DNA of 34,299 bases, from contig JAVZVY010000006.1 in the NCBI GenBank assembly GCA_038878295.1, positions 1 to 34,299 on the forward strand. Direction: 5' to 3'. The position numbers and the translations under genes are program-made. This document shows, one piece after another, positions 16,568-25,313 of the stretch. The notes under the pieces were generated by a model that was given only the letters and a program-made list of their open reading frames with translations, was not told where the DNA came from and searched no databases. The stretch comes from Candidatus Micrarchaeaceae archaeon. GTDB lineage: Archaea > Micrarchaeota > Micrarchaeia > Micrarchaeales > CABMGC01. How positions within the stretch are numbered: position 1 is the stretch's first letter; every line of letters begins with the position of its first letter.

Positions 16568-17512
16568 TCACACCAGATTTAGGTATGAGAACATTATTGG
16601 TAATATTATAGTTGCGTCGCCGTCTATTGTTACGTATTTTGCGTTTTCCTTTACTTTGCCCCAAGAAACGGCTTCGGTAAGTCTTGCTCCAGATAAGCTA
16701 CCGTCATATTGTGTAGCGGTAGTTATATAGACGGCATAATCTAGGCCGCCCTTGAACTGGTTCCACCATATGACATGGTGCTTGCTTATGCCACCGCCTA
16801 TCATCAGCGCACCGGTTACTTTGTTGTCGAACGATATGTTGCTGAGCTCTAGTTCATCCTTTATCAGATTCAATTTAAATTCGTGGTCTTGAGAAAATAT
16901 TGTGAGCTGCGTGCCAAATGCACCGTCCAGTATCCCTGGGCAATATATTGGCACATTATTCAGGTAGGCTTGCCTTAATATTGAATTTTCGTCGTTTATC
17001 CGCTTGCCAAATTCCCTTATGAGCTCGCTTGCGCTGTATTCTTTTTTGTAGTCTTTTGATTTGTAAAGCTCAGACATTATCTTGTTGAAGCATTTTTCTA
17101 CAGTAAGGCCGTAATCGTCTCTGGCTATGAAAATGTTGCCTAGCCTGTAGATGTTGTGCTCGTGAAGAAAGTTGTCGTCGGTTTCGAAGCTTCCGAGATT
17201 GTAGACGCCATTGCATGCCTTTGCTATGTCGTGGTCGAGAGTTCCGCCGGTGGTTATTATAGCATCGAAATACTTTACCGACCGTGCTAGCGCGCCGCGC
17301 AGGCCAGTTGCAACTATGTCCGCGGGAAATGATAGGAAGTTGAACGACCTCTTGTCGTTTAGCATTCTCGCCAGTATGTCTATGCCGGTTATCATGTGCT
17401 GGGCGGAGAAGCCGCCAATGCTTCTCATTGCATCCACAAGCTGGCGCACGCTACTTTCCTTTTTGATAGCTAAATCCCTTACCGGTTTGCCCAATATTGC
17501 GTTTTTAGCCAT
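16568..17512 (-). CDS. dys: Deoxyhypusine synthase
   Basis: GGFSA, ATGLRG, TTGGTLDHD, RLGNI, IGGGISKHH, DGSLSGA..EAVSWGK, GDAT; start ATG 17512 (TTG 17527 alternative). Confidence 0.96.
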   Translation of the reverse strand: MAKNAILGKPVRDLAIKKESSVRQLVDAMRSIGGFSAQHMITGIDILARMLNDKRSFNFLSFPADIVATGLRGALARSVKYFDAIITTGGTLDHDIAKACNGVYNLGSFETDDNFLHEHNIYRLGNIFIARDDYGLTVEKCFNKIMSELYKSKDYKKEYSASELIREFGKRINDENSILRQAYLNNVPIYCPGILDGAFGTQLTIFSQDHEFKLNLIKDELELSNISFDNKVTGALMIGGGISKHHVIWWNQFKGGLDYAVYITTATQYDGSLSGARLTEAVSWGKVKENAKYVTIDGDATIILPIMFSYLNLV

Positions 17513-17580
17513 ACCAGCACCAAACAAAAATAACTTTATATCTTTATATTTTAAATATCTATTAGCGACCTGGTAGTTTT

Positions 17581-18660
17581 ATGGTTGAAGAGAATTCGGT
17601 ATCGCCCGATGACGAAGAGCTGCTTAGGTTTATAGAGTCCGCAAAGCCAAAAATATATATAACCGGTGTTGGAGGAAGCGGCTCAAACACGATCTCAAGA
17701 ATGGCAGAACTTAACATAGACGGCGCCATTCTTGTCGCTGCCAACACAGATGCGCCGCATCTTGCCAGGACAAAAGCGACGAGGAAGATACTTCTTGGAA
17801 AAAATGCGACTAAAGGAATGGGCGCAGGTAGCGATCCCAGGCTTGGTGAGGAAGCCGCAGTTGAGAGCGCGGATTTTGTAAGGCATACTCTGAATGATGC
17901 GCAGCTTGTATTCATAACATGCGGACTCGGAGGTGGCACGGGCACAGGCGCTTCTCCAGTCATAGCCAATGAAGTAAAAAAGATAGGCGCGCTGAGCGTC
18001 GCCGTGGTAACGCTCCCGTTCTCGAGCGAGGGCAGGTTAAGGATGAGAAACGCGCTTGAAGGACTGACCAAGCTCAAGCACGCTACCGATACCACAATCG
18101 TGATACCCAACGACAAGCTCTTATCAGTGGCTCCGGATCTGCCGTTAAACATGGCTTTCAGGGTCAGCGATGAGGTTTTGGCAAGCGCAACAAAAGGCAT
18201 AGTCGAGATGGTCACAAAGCCGGGAATGGTAAATCTTGATTTTGCCGATCTAAAGAGTGTGCTGAAGGATTCTGGCTATGCTATGATAGGACTTGGCGAA
18301 GCGAGTGGCACTCAGAAGGCCAATAGGGCAGCGATCGCCATACAGAATACGCTCAAGAGCCCGCTGCTTGATGCGGATCTCTCAACTGCGAAGAAGGCTC
18401 TGGTAAACATAGTCGGAGGCGACGACCTTACTTTAAGAGAAGCGGAAAACATATTCCAGGAAGTGGCTGCCAGGATAAGCGAAGACGCGATGCTAAAGTG
18501 GGGCGCGCGCATAGAGCCATCGATGCAGAAGAACACAATAAAGGTTATGGTTGTTATAGGCGGCGTCGAGTTTCCTGAGTATACCGAATACGGCATCAAA
18601 AAAAAGATTGAGGAGTCATCAGAAATAGATCTTGACGACATATTCGAAGAGAAGAAGTGA
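17581..18660 (+). CDS. ftsZ: Cell division protein FtsZ
   Basis: GVGGSGSN, NTD, GLGGGTGTG, PFSSEG, NLDFAD. Confidence 0.98.
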   Translation: MVEENSVSPDDEELLRFIESAKPKIYITGVGGSGSNTISRMAELNIDGAILVAANTDAPHLARTKATRKILLGKNATKGMGAGSDPRLGEEAAVESADFVRHTLNDAQLVFITCGLGGGTGTGASPVIANEVKKIGALSVAVVTLPFSSEGRLRMRNALEGLTKLKHATDTTIVIPNDKLLSVAPDLPLNMAFRVSDEVLASATKGIVEMVTKPGMVNLDFADLKSVLKDSGYAMIGLGEASGTQKANRAAIAIQNTLKSPLLDADLSTAKKALVNIVGGDDLTLREAENIFQEVAARISEDAMLKWGARIEPSMQKNTIKVMVVIGGVEFPEYTEYGIKKKIEESSEIDLDDIFEEKK

Positions 18661-18847
18661 TTGCGCGAACTTTAATATCTCTCAGAAACTGAAGCAGTTT
18701 TACGAAGACTCAAAGCACGTCATAAGCGTAAGCTACAAGCCTGACATGAGCACGTTCAGGCGCACATTGAAGATCGTGCTTTTCGGAACCCTGCTTGTAG
18801 GAGTGCTCGCATATGTAATTTATATTGTTATGTCGCTTATTACGTAG
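18632..18847 (+). CDS. secE: Protein translocase subunit SecE/Sec61-gamma (start uncertain)
   Basis: F.EDSKHVISVSYKPD..F....KIV..G.LLVG.L.Y amphipathic helix plus TM; conserved ftsZ-secE order. Confidence 0.88.
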   Translation: MTTYSKRRSDCANFNISQKLKQFYEDSKHVISVSYKPDMSTFRRTLKIVLFGTLLVGVLAYVIYIVMSLIT

Positions 18848-18848
18848 C

Positions 18849-19688
18849 ATGGAAATAGAGCTCGATTTGGGGAAATCGGCACAGGAAAATGCCAATGACT
18901 ATTTCTTGAGGGCAAAGAAGGCCAGGAAAAAGGCAGCCGGGGCAAGGGCCGCTCTCGAAGCGCTTGCAAAGCAGCTCAAGGAAGCCGAAAAGCCGAAGCT
19001 CATTCCGGATACTAAGATAAGGCGCATAAGGAATGGGGCATGGTTCGAGAGCTTTCACTGGTTTTTCACAAGTAATGGCATGCTTGCGATAGGCGGCAAA
19101 AGCGCCCAGCAGAACGAAATCATAAACTCTAGGTATTTCGGCGATTCTGACGTATTTTTCCATGCGGATGTTTTTGGAGCACCAGTAGTTATACTCAAAA
19201 ACGGCATAAATGCCAATGCAGGAGTCAAAGAAGAAGTCGCGCAGTTTGCCGCTTGCTATTCGAGGGCGTGGGAATATGGCTTATCCGCTGTCAATGTTTA
19301 CTCGGCGTTGAGAGGGCAGGTGTCGAAATCAAAGGCAAAGGGGTCGCTCCCTACAGGCAGCTTCCTGATAACTGGAGAAAGGGAGTGGTACAAAGGCATG
19401 AAACTTGAGCTCTGCGTCTTCGTCGGAGACCGGCGATCAGATGCAACAAATAGTGTAGTGGCGTTTGTTCCGCAAACACAGATTGTGGCAGAGGTAGACG
19501 CACTGAATGTAGTTCCGTCCTCAACAATGTCAAAGCTCAACATTTCAAGGTATATTATTTTGAGGCCAGGACGTACCAAAAAGTCTGACGCCGCGAAGAT
19601 GATAGCAAAAGCGCTCGGATTCAATGACATCGATTATGTGATGAGGCAGCTTCCTGCCGGATCATTCGACATTTCGAGCAATTTTTAG
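18849..19688 (+). CDS. NFACT-R (DUF814) domain protein; C-terminal part of an Rqc2/RqcH-like protein
   Basis: LDLGKSAQENANDYF..KK coiled coil; WFESFHWF.TS.G.LAIGGKSAQQNE; FHADVFGAP; QVSK..LPTGSF.I.G.R. Confidence 0.88.
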   Translation: MEIELDLGKSAQENANDYFLRAKKARKKAAGARAALEALAKQLKEAEKPKLIPDTKIRRIRNGAWFESFHWFFTSNGMLAIGGKSAQQNEIINSRYFGDSDVFFHADVFGAPVVILKNGINANAGVKEEVAQFAACYSRAWEYGLSAVNVYSALRGQVSKSKAKGSLPTGSFLITGEREWYKGMKLELCVFVGDRRSDATNSVVAFVPQTQIVAEVDALNVVPSSTMSKLNISRYIILRPGRTKKSDAAKMIAKALGFNDIDYVMRQLPAGSFDISSNF

Positions 19689-19773
19689 CAAGTATCAAGC
19701 ACAGATGTAACTGGCAAATATTTTTCCGCAGCGCATGAGCAAAGTATTTAATATTATCAGGCTAATGTAAAAC

Positions 19774-21387
19774 ATGCATACGAAATTCGTAGTTGTTTTG
19801 GGCTCGCTGATGAGCGGGCTCGGCAAGGGCATAGTGACTTCTTCTATATTGAAGATGCTCAGCTTCTATGACTATAATGTAGTTCCTGTGAAGTTCGACG
19901 GCTATTTGAATTACGATTGCGGAACGATGAATCCCTACAGGCATGGCGAGGTTTTCGTGCTTGATGACAGCGGCGAAGTCGACATGGATTTTGGCACCTA
20001 CGAACGATTTCTCAACAAGAGCATGAGCATCGACCAATCTATAACAGGTGGAAAGCTTTTCAGCACGATAATACGCGAAGAGAGACATGGCGACTTTCTT
20101 GGCAGGGATGTGCAGATTATCCCGCATATGACGGACCATATCATAAGTTTGCTTGAGGGCTTAGCTAGGAAAAAGAGGGCGGATGTGCTTGTGATAGAAG
20201 TCGGCGGCACAGTAGGCGACATAGAGAATAGTTATTTCGTTGAAGCGATGAGGCAGCTTGCGCTGAAGCACAGGACTGTGTTCGTCAATCTTACTTATAT
20301 ACCGAAACTGAGCGCAGTAGGCGAACAGAAAACTAAGCCGACTCAGCTTGCATTCAGGGCGTTGCTGCAGACAGGCATAACGCCGAATTTTGTGGTATGC
20401 AGAAGCGAAAGCAAACTCGAGGAGCATACAATTAGAAAGCTCGCTCTTTTCACAAACCTCAACCAGAGGAGGATAATAGATGATTCTGATGTCGAAAGTA
20501 TATATGAGGTTCCTCTGAGCTTTATGAGGCAGAAGTTTGACGAGCTGCTTATAAAAGACCTGGAACTTGACAAGCATAAACTCAACACAAAAAAACTGAG
20601 CGCATGGAAGGATGTAGTCAGCAAAATAAAAAATCCGAAAGAAAGCGTTACTGTGGCGATAGTCGGCAAATACACAAACTTGCGCGATTCCTACGCGAGC
20701 GTGAAAGAAGCGATAGTACATGCTGGAGCATGGAACGGAGTATCGGTAAAAATAAAGTGGATAGAATCCGCAACTCTTGAAGGACGTGGCAAAATAGATG
20801 TGCTTGAAGATGTTGACGGCGTCATTGTTCCCGGAGGTTTTGGAAAGCGCGGCATAGAAGGCAAGATACTGGCAATAAGATACGCAAGAGAGCACAAGAT
20901 GCCGTATCTTGGACTGTGTCTGGGCATGCAGCTGATGGCTGTCGAGTATGCAAGAAATGTCTGCGGGCTCGACGGCGCAAACTCAACCGAATTTGAGCCA
21001 AAAACAAAATACAATGTCATAGACCTGCTGCCTTCGCAGCGCAATGTGAAGGATAAAGGCGGAACGATGAGGCTCGGCGCGTGGAAGTGCAAGATACTGA
21101 ATAGAGATTCTATAGCGTACAGGGCTTATGGCAAAGAGATAATATCTGAGAGGCATAGGCACAGGTATGAGTTCAACAACAAATATAGGAGACTGCTGGA
21201 AAGCAAGGGGCTGAGAGTAACTGGTACAACAATGGATGGCAAACTTGTAGAGCTGATAGAGTGGCCGAACCAATTTGGTATAGGCACTCAGGCGCATCCA
21301 GAGCTGAAGTCAAGGCCAGAAAATCCGGCGCCGCTTTTCGTCGCATTCATAGACGCAAGCAAAAGGTACAAATCAGCTAAAAAATGA
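19774..21387 (+). CDS. pyrG: CTP synthase
   Basis: SGLGKG, GTMNPYRHGEVFV, EVGGTVGDIE, KTKPTQ, GLCLGMQ, ERHRHRYE, HPE. Confidence 0.99.
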   Translation: MHTKFVVVLGSLMSGLGKGIVTSSILKMLSFYDYNVVPVKFDGYLNYDCGTMNPYRHGEVFVLDDSGEVDMDFGTYERFLNKSMSIDQSITGGKLFSTIIREERHGDFLGRDVQIIPHMTDHIISLLEGLARKKRADVLVIEVGGTVGDIENSYFVEAMRQLALKHRTVFVNLTYIPKLSAVGEQKTKPTQLAFRALLQTGITPNFVVCRSESKLEEHTIRKLALFTNLNQRRIIDDSDVESIYEVPLSFMRQKFDELLIKDLELDKHKLNTKKLSAWKDVVSKIKNPKESVTVAIVGKYTNLRDSYASVKEAIVHAGAWNGVSVKIKWIESATLEGRGKIDVLEDVDGVIVPGGFGKRGIEGKILAIRYAREHKMPYLGLCLGMQLMAVEYARNVCGLDGANSTEFEPKTKYNVIDLLPSQRNVKDKGGTMRLGAWKCKILNRDSIAYRAYGKEIISERHRHRYEFNNKYRRLLESKGLRVTGTTMDGKLVELIEWPNQFGIGTQAHPELKSRPENPAPLFVAFIDASKRYKSAKK

Positions 21388-22071
21388 TTTTATTACGGCA
21401 AGCCCCTGCTTGAGGCCTGCTTTTGATTCGCCAGATTTTCTTAGACCAAACGAATACGGCACGTTGCATATCTTTATACTGCCACTGTCTACGCACTTCA
21501 AAAAATCAAAAAGAATCTTATAGCCTTCGCCAACGAATCTAGTCTTGTTTTCATTATAGATTTGCAAAAATAAGCTGCGCCTTATGCCAAAATACCCAGA
21601 AAATATGTCACCGCATCGCGATTTGCCCTTAACGAAAAGAATCAGATAACCCACGTATATGAGGGCCTTGGATATTAGTTTCCTGTAGAACTGCCATCCT
21701 TCAACCGTTCTGCGCACAGCCACTGCGAGGTCGTATCCACTTTCTAGACATTTTGCAAGAGCCTTTATTTTTTCAGGAGGATGCTGCATGTCAGCATCCA
21801 TAACTATCACGTAATTGGTTCTTGCCTGCAGTATGCCGTCTATAACGCTAAAGGTAAGGCCGCGTGGCAGGCGGGCCGCATGCCTGTCAAGAAATTTTAC
21901 ATTTTTCCCCGAAAATTTTGTTACGACGCTTTTTGTCTTGTCTTTTGAGCCGTCGTCTGCAACTATCACTTTGATTCCCTTGTATGTGCTGGTCAGGTAC
22001 CGCAACAAAGTGCCTATAGTGTACTCTTCGTTAAGCGTGGGCAATACAACAGTAATATTACCATAGTCCAT
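21373..22071 (-). CDS. GT2 glycosyltransferase, dolichol-phosphate-sugar synthase-like
   Basis: VVLPTLNEE, DDGSKDKT, VMDADMQHPPE, D.FSGYF, FGLRKSGESK. Confidence 0.9.
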   Translation of the reverse strand: MDYGNITVVLPTLNEEYTIGTLLRYLTSTYKGIKVIVADDGSKDKTKSVVTKFSGKNVKFLDRHAARLPRGLTFSVIDGILQARTNYVIVMDADMQHPPEKIKALAKCLESGYDLAVAVRRTVEGWQFYRKLISKALIYVGYLILFVKGKSRCGDIFSGYFGIRRSLFLQIYNENKTRFVGEGYKILFDFLKCVDSGSIKICNVPYSFGLRKSGESKAGLKQGLAVIKSFFS

Positions 22072-22075
22072 ACAA

Positions 22076-23650
22076 TCACATGAATTTTTCTGCATATTCT
22101 ACTATATTTCTAAACCAAAGCCCAAAGATAGGTATGCCGCTGCTGAGTTTTTTTATGATATTAAAATCTTTCTGGTCTGCGGCCTTAAGCTTTGGCACAA
22201 TCACCGGATATACAAAGATTACTATTGCTGCTCCCACCAGCATCTGGAACGTGTCGCTAAGCATGCCAAGCGCGGAGCGTATAAACAGCAATATCGCAAA
22301 CAGGATGACGTTTGCTACAATCAGCATGTAAATCTTCTTCGTAAGCTTGAATTCGATCTCTTTTTTCAGGAAACTGCTATAAAGGTAAGTGCTTAGGATG
22401 CCTCCTACGAAATACAATGAGATTATGACCCCATATGCGCCGAAGCTAGGAACAAGCAGCACAAGCGAAAGCAGCTCCGCCACGCCTATAGCGAACGAAT
22501 ATTTTAGATATTTGTTTACGTTGCCCATGCTTATGACAAGCGATGCGGCGTAACTTCCGACAAGGCCTATAAGAAGACCGAAACCCAGAAGCATTATGTA
22601 GGCCGGTGCGCCGACATAGGATGAAGTGAAGAATATATTTACTATATTTCCAGCAAACGATATGATGTAGATTACAAGGGGCACGGCAAGCAGAAGGCCG
22701 AAGTAAATTGAGTAATTGAGAAGCTCGCTTACCCTTTCCTTGAGCCTGCTTCCGGCAAGGGCCGCGGCAAACATCGGTATCAGCACTATGCTTATTGAGC
22801 CTGTTATCACGTCTACAAGTGAGCCCATTTTGAGTGCTACTCCGTATGAGCCGACAACAGACGAGACAACGACGCTGCCCAGAAGGATTACTGAAAAATT
22901 GCTTACCATGCTGCCGATTATGTTTGCGCCGGTCACGGGCAGGGAAAATGACAGAAGCTCTTTAGCAACCGCTGAAAAGCGCTGCATCTTAAGCTTGAGT
23001 TCGGCGTGCTTCAGCGCAAGCATGAGCGACGCCGCCGAACCTGAGAATAGGCCGGCAACGTATCCGGATATGGCACCAACAGCGCCGAAACCCATCAAAA
23101 CCAAGATAATGCTTAGAAACGCCTGAAAGCTGGAGTTGGTCAGCGCGGCGACAGAGGCACGTTTACCGTCACCGAAACTTACAAGGACAGAATACAATGC
23201 ACCGTAAAGAAGCGAGAAGACTATGCCAATCATAGCGATCTGGATTGCTGCTGTTTCTGAAGGATTATGGAATATGTATGTCGCAATCGCGCCGCTGAGC
23301 AGCACACCGGCAGCAGAGAGCACTATGCCTATTATTAGCAGTATGAGTATGCCTGTTGTGATTATTGTGCTTATTTCTTCGCGCTTGCCCTCATTCTGCA
23401 GCTTGGGTATGTACTTGTTGAAATATGCGGTTATATTGAATGATGCCAAGGCGCTGAAAAGACCCGATGCACCAAGGGCAAGCGTATAGATGCCGTAGTT
23501 GCTGGGCCCAAGGAGCCTTGCGACAACCACGAACATGACCACGCCTATAACCAAAGAAAGCACCTTGCCGAAAGCTACGAACGCTGCAACATTTGCCGTC
23601 TTCACGCCAAGCTCCGTGGCGGTTCCAGTGCTAGAATATCCAGTTTGCAT
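22076..23650 (-). CDS. Oligosaccharide flippase (MOP/Wzx-like)
   Basis: Many TM helices; ARLLGPSNYGIY, LLSFSLP, VGSYGVA, LVPSFGAYG. Confidence 0.9.
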   Translation of the reverse strand: MQTGYSSTGTATELGVKTANVAAFVAFGKVLSLVIGVVMFVVVARLLGPSNYGIYTLALGASGLFSALASFNITAYFNKYIPKLQNEGKREEISTIITTGILILLIIGIVLSAAGVLLSGAIATYIFHNPSETAAIQIAMIGIVFSLLYGALYSVLVSFGDGKRASVAALTNSSFQAFLSIILVLMGFGAVGAISGYVAGLFSGSAASLMLALKHAELKLKMQRFSAVAKELLSFSLPVTGANIIGSMVSNFSVILLGSVVVSSVVGSYGVALKMGSLVDVITGSISIVLIPMFAAALAGSRLKERVSELLNYSIYFGLLLAVPLVIYIISFAGNIVNIFFTSSYVGAPAYIMLLGFGLLIGLVGSYAASLVISMGNVNKYLKYSFAIGVAELLSLVLLVPSFGAYGVIISLYFVGGILSTYLYSSFLKKEIEFKLTKKIYMLIVANVILFAILLFIRSALGMLSDTFQMLVGAAIVIFVYPVIVPKLKAADQKDFNIIKKLSSGIPIFGLWFRNIVEYAEKFM

Positions 23651-23658
23651 ACCAACGC

Positions 23659-25245
23659 CTATAGGCTGTAATCCTTCCCTGTCAGCTTCTCAAGAAATCT
23701 TATATACCTGAGGCCAGCGTCGTAAAACGGCTTAACAAATGAAATTTTTGACGAAAAGCGGCGCATATCCTCAACGAATTCCTTATTTATGATGCTAAGT
23801 AGAACAAGTATAAATGGATATGCTATCAGCACTATTGCGGCACCGACTAGCACCTGCAGTATCCTGTGGGGCACTATGAGGGCCATTGCGGTCATCGGGG
23901 CTATTATTGCGGTGCTGGCCAGCGCTAGGAGGGCTTTTCGTGGGATCGCAATTTCTCTTATGATTGACTTTGCGACGCGGTAAAATATTACATCATTTGA
24001 CACGCTCCCTATGTAAAATAGTGCTACTATGGCGCCGATTCCACCGTAGAGCGGCACCAGTATCATCAAAGATATTATCTGTATGGCTGCCGAAAGCGCG
24101 GTAAAGCGCAGCAGCTTGTACACTTTTTCGTAAGCGATTACAAGACTCGTTGCATATAGCCCGGGCAGGCCTATTATGACGCCGAATGCGACAAGCAGCA
24201 GGTACAGCGGCGCGATACCGAAATTCTTGGTTATTAGTATGAATATTATGGGCTTGGCCATCACGCCTATATAAACTATGAACGGCACAACGAAAGCGAT
24301 TGTGTAAACTAGGGCTTTGCCGAATGCACTTGCCACGGCCTTCTCATCTTTGGACTGTGCCCTCTTTGCAGAAAGCATGGGCATCATTATGCTCCATGCG
24401 CTGCCTGTGAAAACAGCCGTCATGCTGTAACCCTTGTTCGCTATGCCGTAGTTACCTAGCACATATGCCGTGGAAAATAGGCCAAGCAAGATGACTGCTA
24501 TATAGCCTGTACTGAATGTTAGGGCATTATTCAGGGCAAGCGGCATGGAGAAGCTTATTGCAGATTTTATTTCAGAAACACTTGCATGACGCAACTTCGC
24601 CTTGCCTCTTATCTCGCTCAAAACATAGTATGTGGATATCGCGAAGCCGAACGCATAGCCTATGAGTATGCCAGAGATGGCCCCTGCGACGCCGAAACCT
24701 GCAACAACGAGAGAAACGCTTGCGACCAGCTGCACTGTCAAATTCGATATATTTGAAGTAGCCGCATGCATGCCCTTTCCAAGGCCTATGAGACCCGAAT
24801 ATGATGCGCCGTACACCATTGAGAAGAATATAGAGCCTGCTGCAATCTCTATTTCAAAGGCGGTTATGCCAGTGCGAGCATAAAAAGGAGCAACAAGACT
24901 GCTTATGCCGATTCCTATCGCGGAAACGGCAAGCGCTATCGGTATGATGATTGTGTAGCCGCTTGAGACAACCTTTGCGATGCTTTCGTAGTCGTTTATG
25001 CTTCTGTAACGCGCAAGGTAGTTATTGAAATACGTGCCTATGCCGAAATGGCCAGCTGCGCCAAGCAGGGCTGATATGCCAAATGCCAGCGTGTATATAC
25101 CATAATTATCAGAGCCCAACAGTCTAGCGAGTGCCACAAGCAAAACTGCGGCAATTAAAGCTCCGGCCAATTTGCCCGAGAGCACTGACATAAAATTTCT
25201 TGCTGTGGTGCTGCCAAGGCTGTCTTCGTTTTCCATACGTTTCAT
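23659..25245 (-). CDS. Oligosaccharide flippase (MOP/Wzx-like), tandem paralogue
   Basis: ARLLGSDNYGIYTLA, ISFSMP, LGNYGIA, LVPLYGGIGA; start 25245 or 25236. Confidence 0.9.
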   Translation of the reverse strand: MKRMENEDSLGSTTARNFMSVLSGKLAGALIAAVLLVALARLLGSDNYGIYTLAFGISALLGAAGHFGIGTYFNNYLARYRSINDYESIAKVVSSGYTIIIPIALAVSAIGIGISSLVAPFYARTGITAFEIEIAAGSIFFSMVYGASYSGLIGLGKGMHAATSNISNLTVQLVASVSLVVAGFGVAGAISGILIGYAFGFAISTYYVLSEIRGKAKLRHASVSEIKSAISFSMPLALNNALTFSTGYIAVILLGLFSTAYVLGNYGIANKGYSMTAVFTGSAWSIMMPMLSAKRAQSKDEKAVASAFGKALVYTIAFVVPFIVYIGVMAKPIIFILITKNFGIAPLYLLLVAFGVIIGLPGLYATSLVIAYEKVYKLLRFTALSAAIQIISLMILVPLYGGIGAIVALFYIGSVSNDVIFYRVAKSIIREIAIPRKALLALASTAIIAPMTAMALIVPHRILQVLVGAAIVLIAYPFILVLLSIINKEFVEDMRRFSSKISFVKPFYDAGLRYIRFLEKLTGKDYSL

Positions 25246-25313
25246 AAAAATTCAACCATAAACTTTAATATAGATTTGCAGCGTATTATTTGCTGCATTG
25301 CGATGCGCATTTT

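Noticed and set aside
19998..21297. Long antisense ORFs over pyrG (and similar ones over ftsY, ftsZ, the HTH-CBS gene and secY)
   Set aside because: Shadow frames of well-supported genes on the opposite strand
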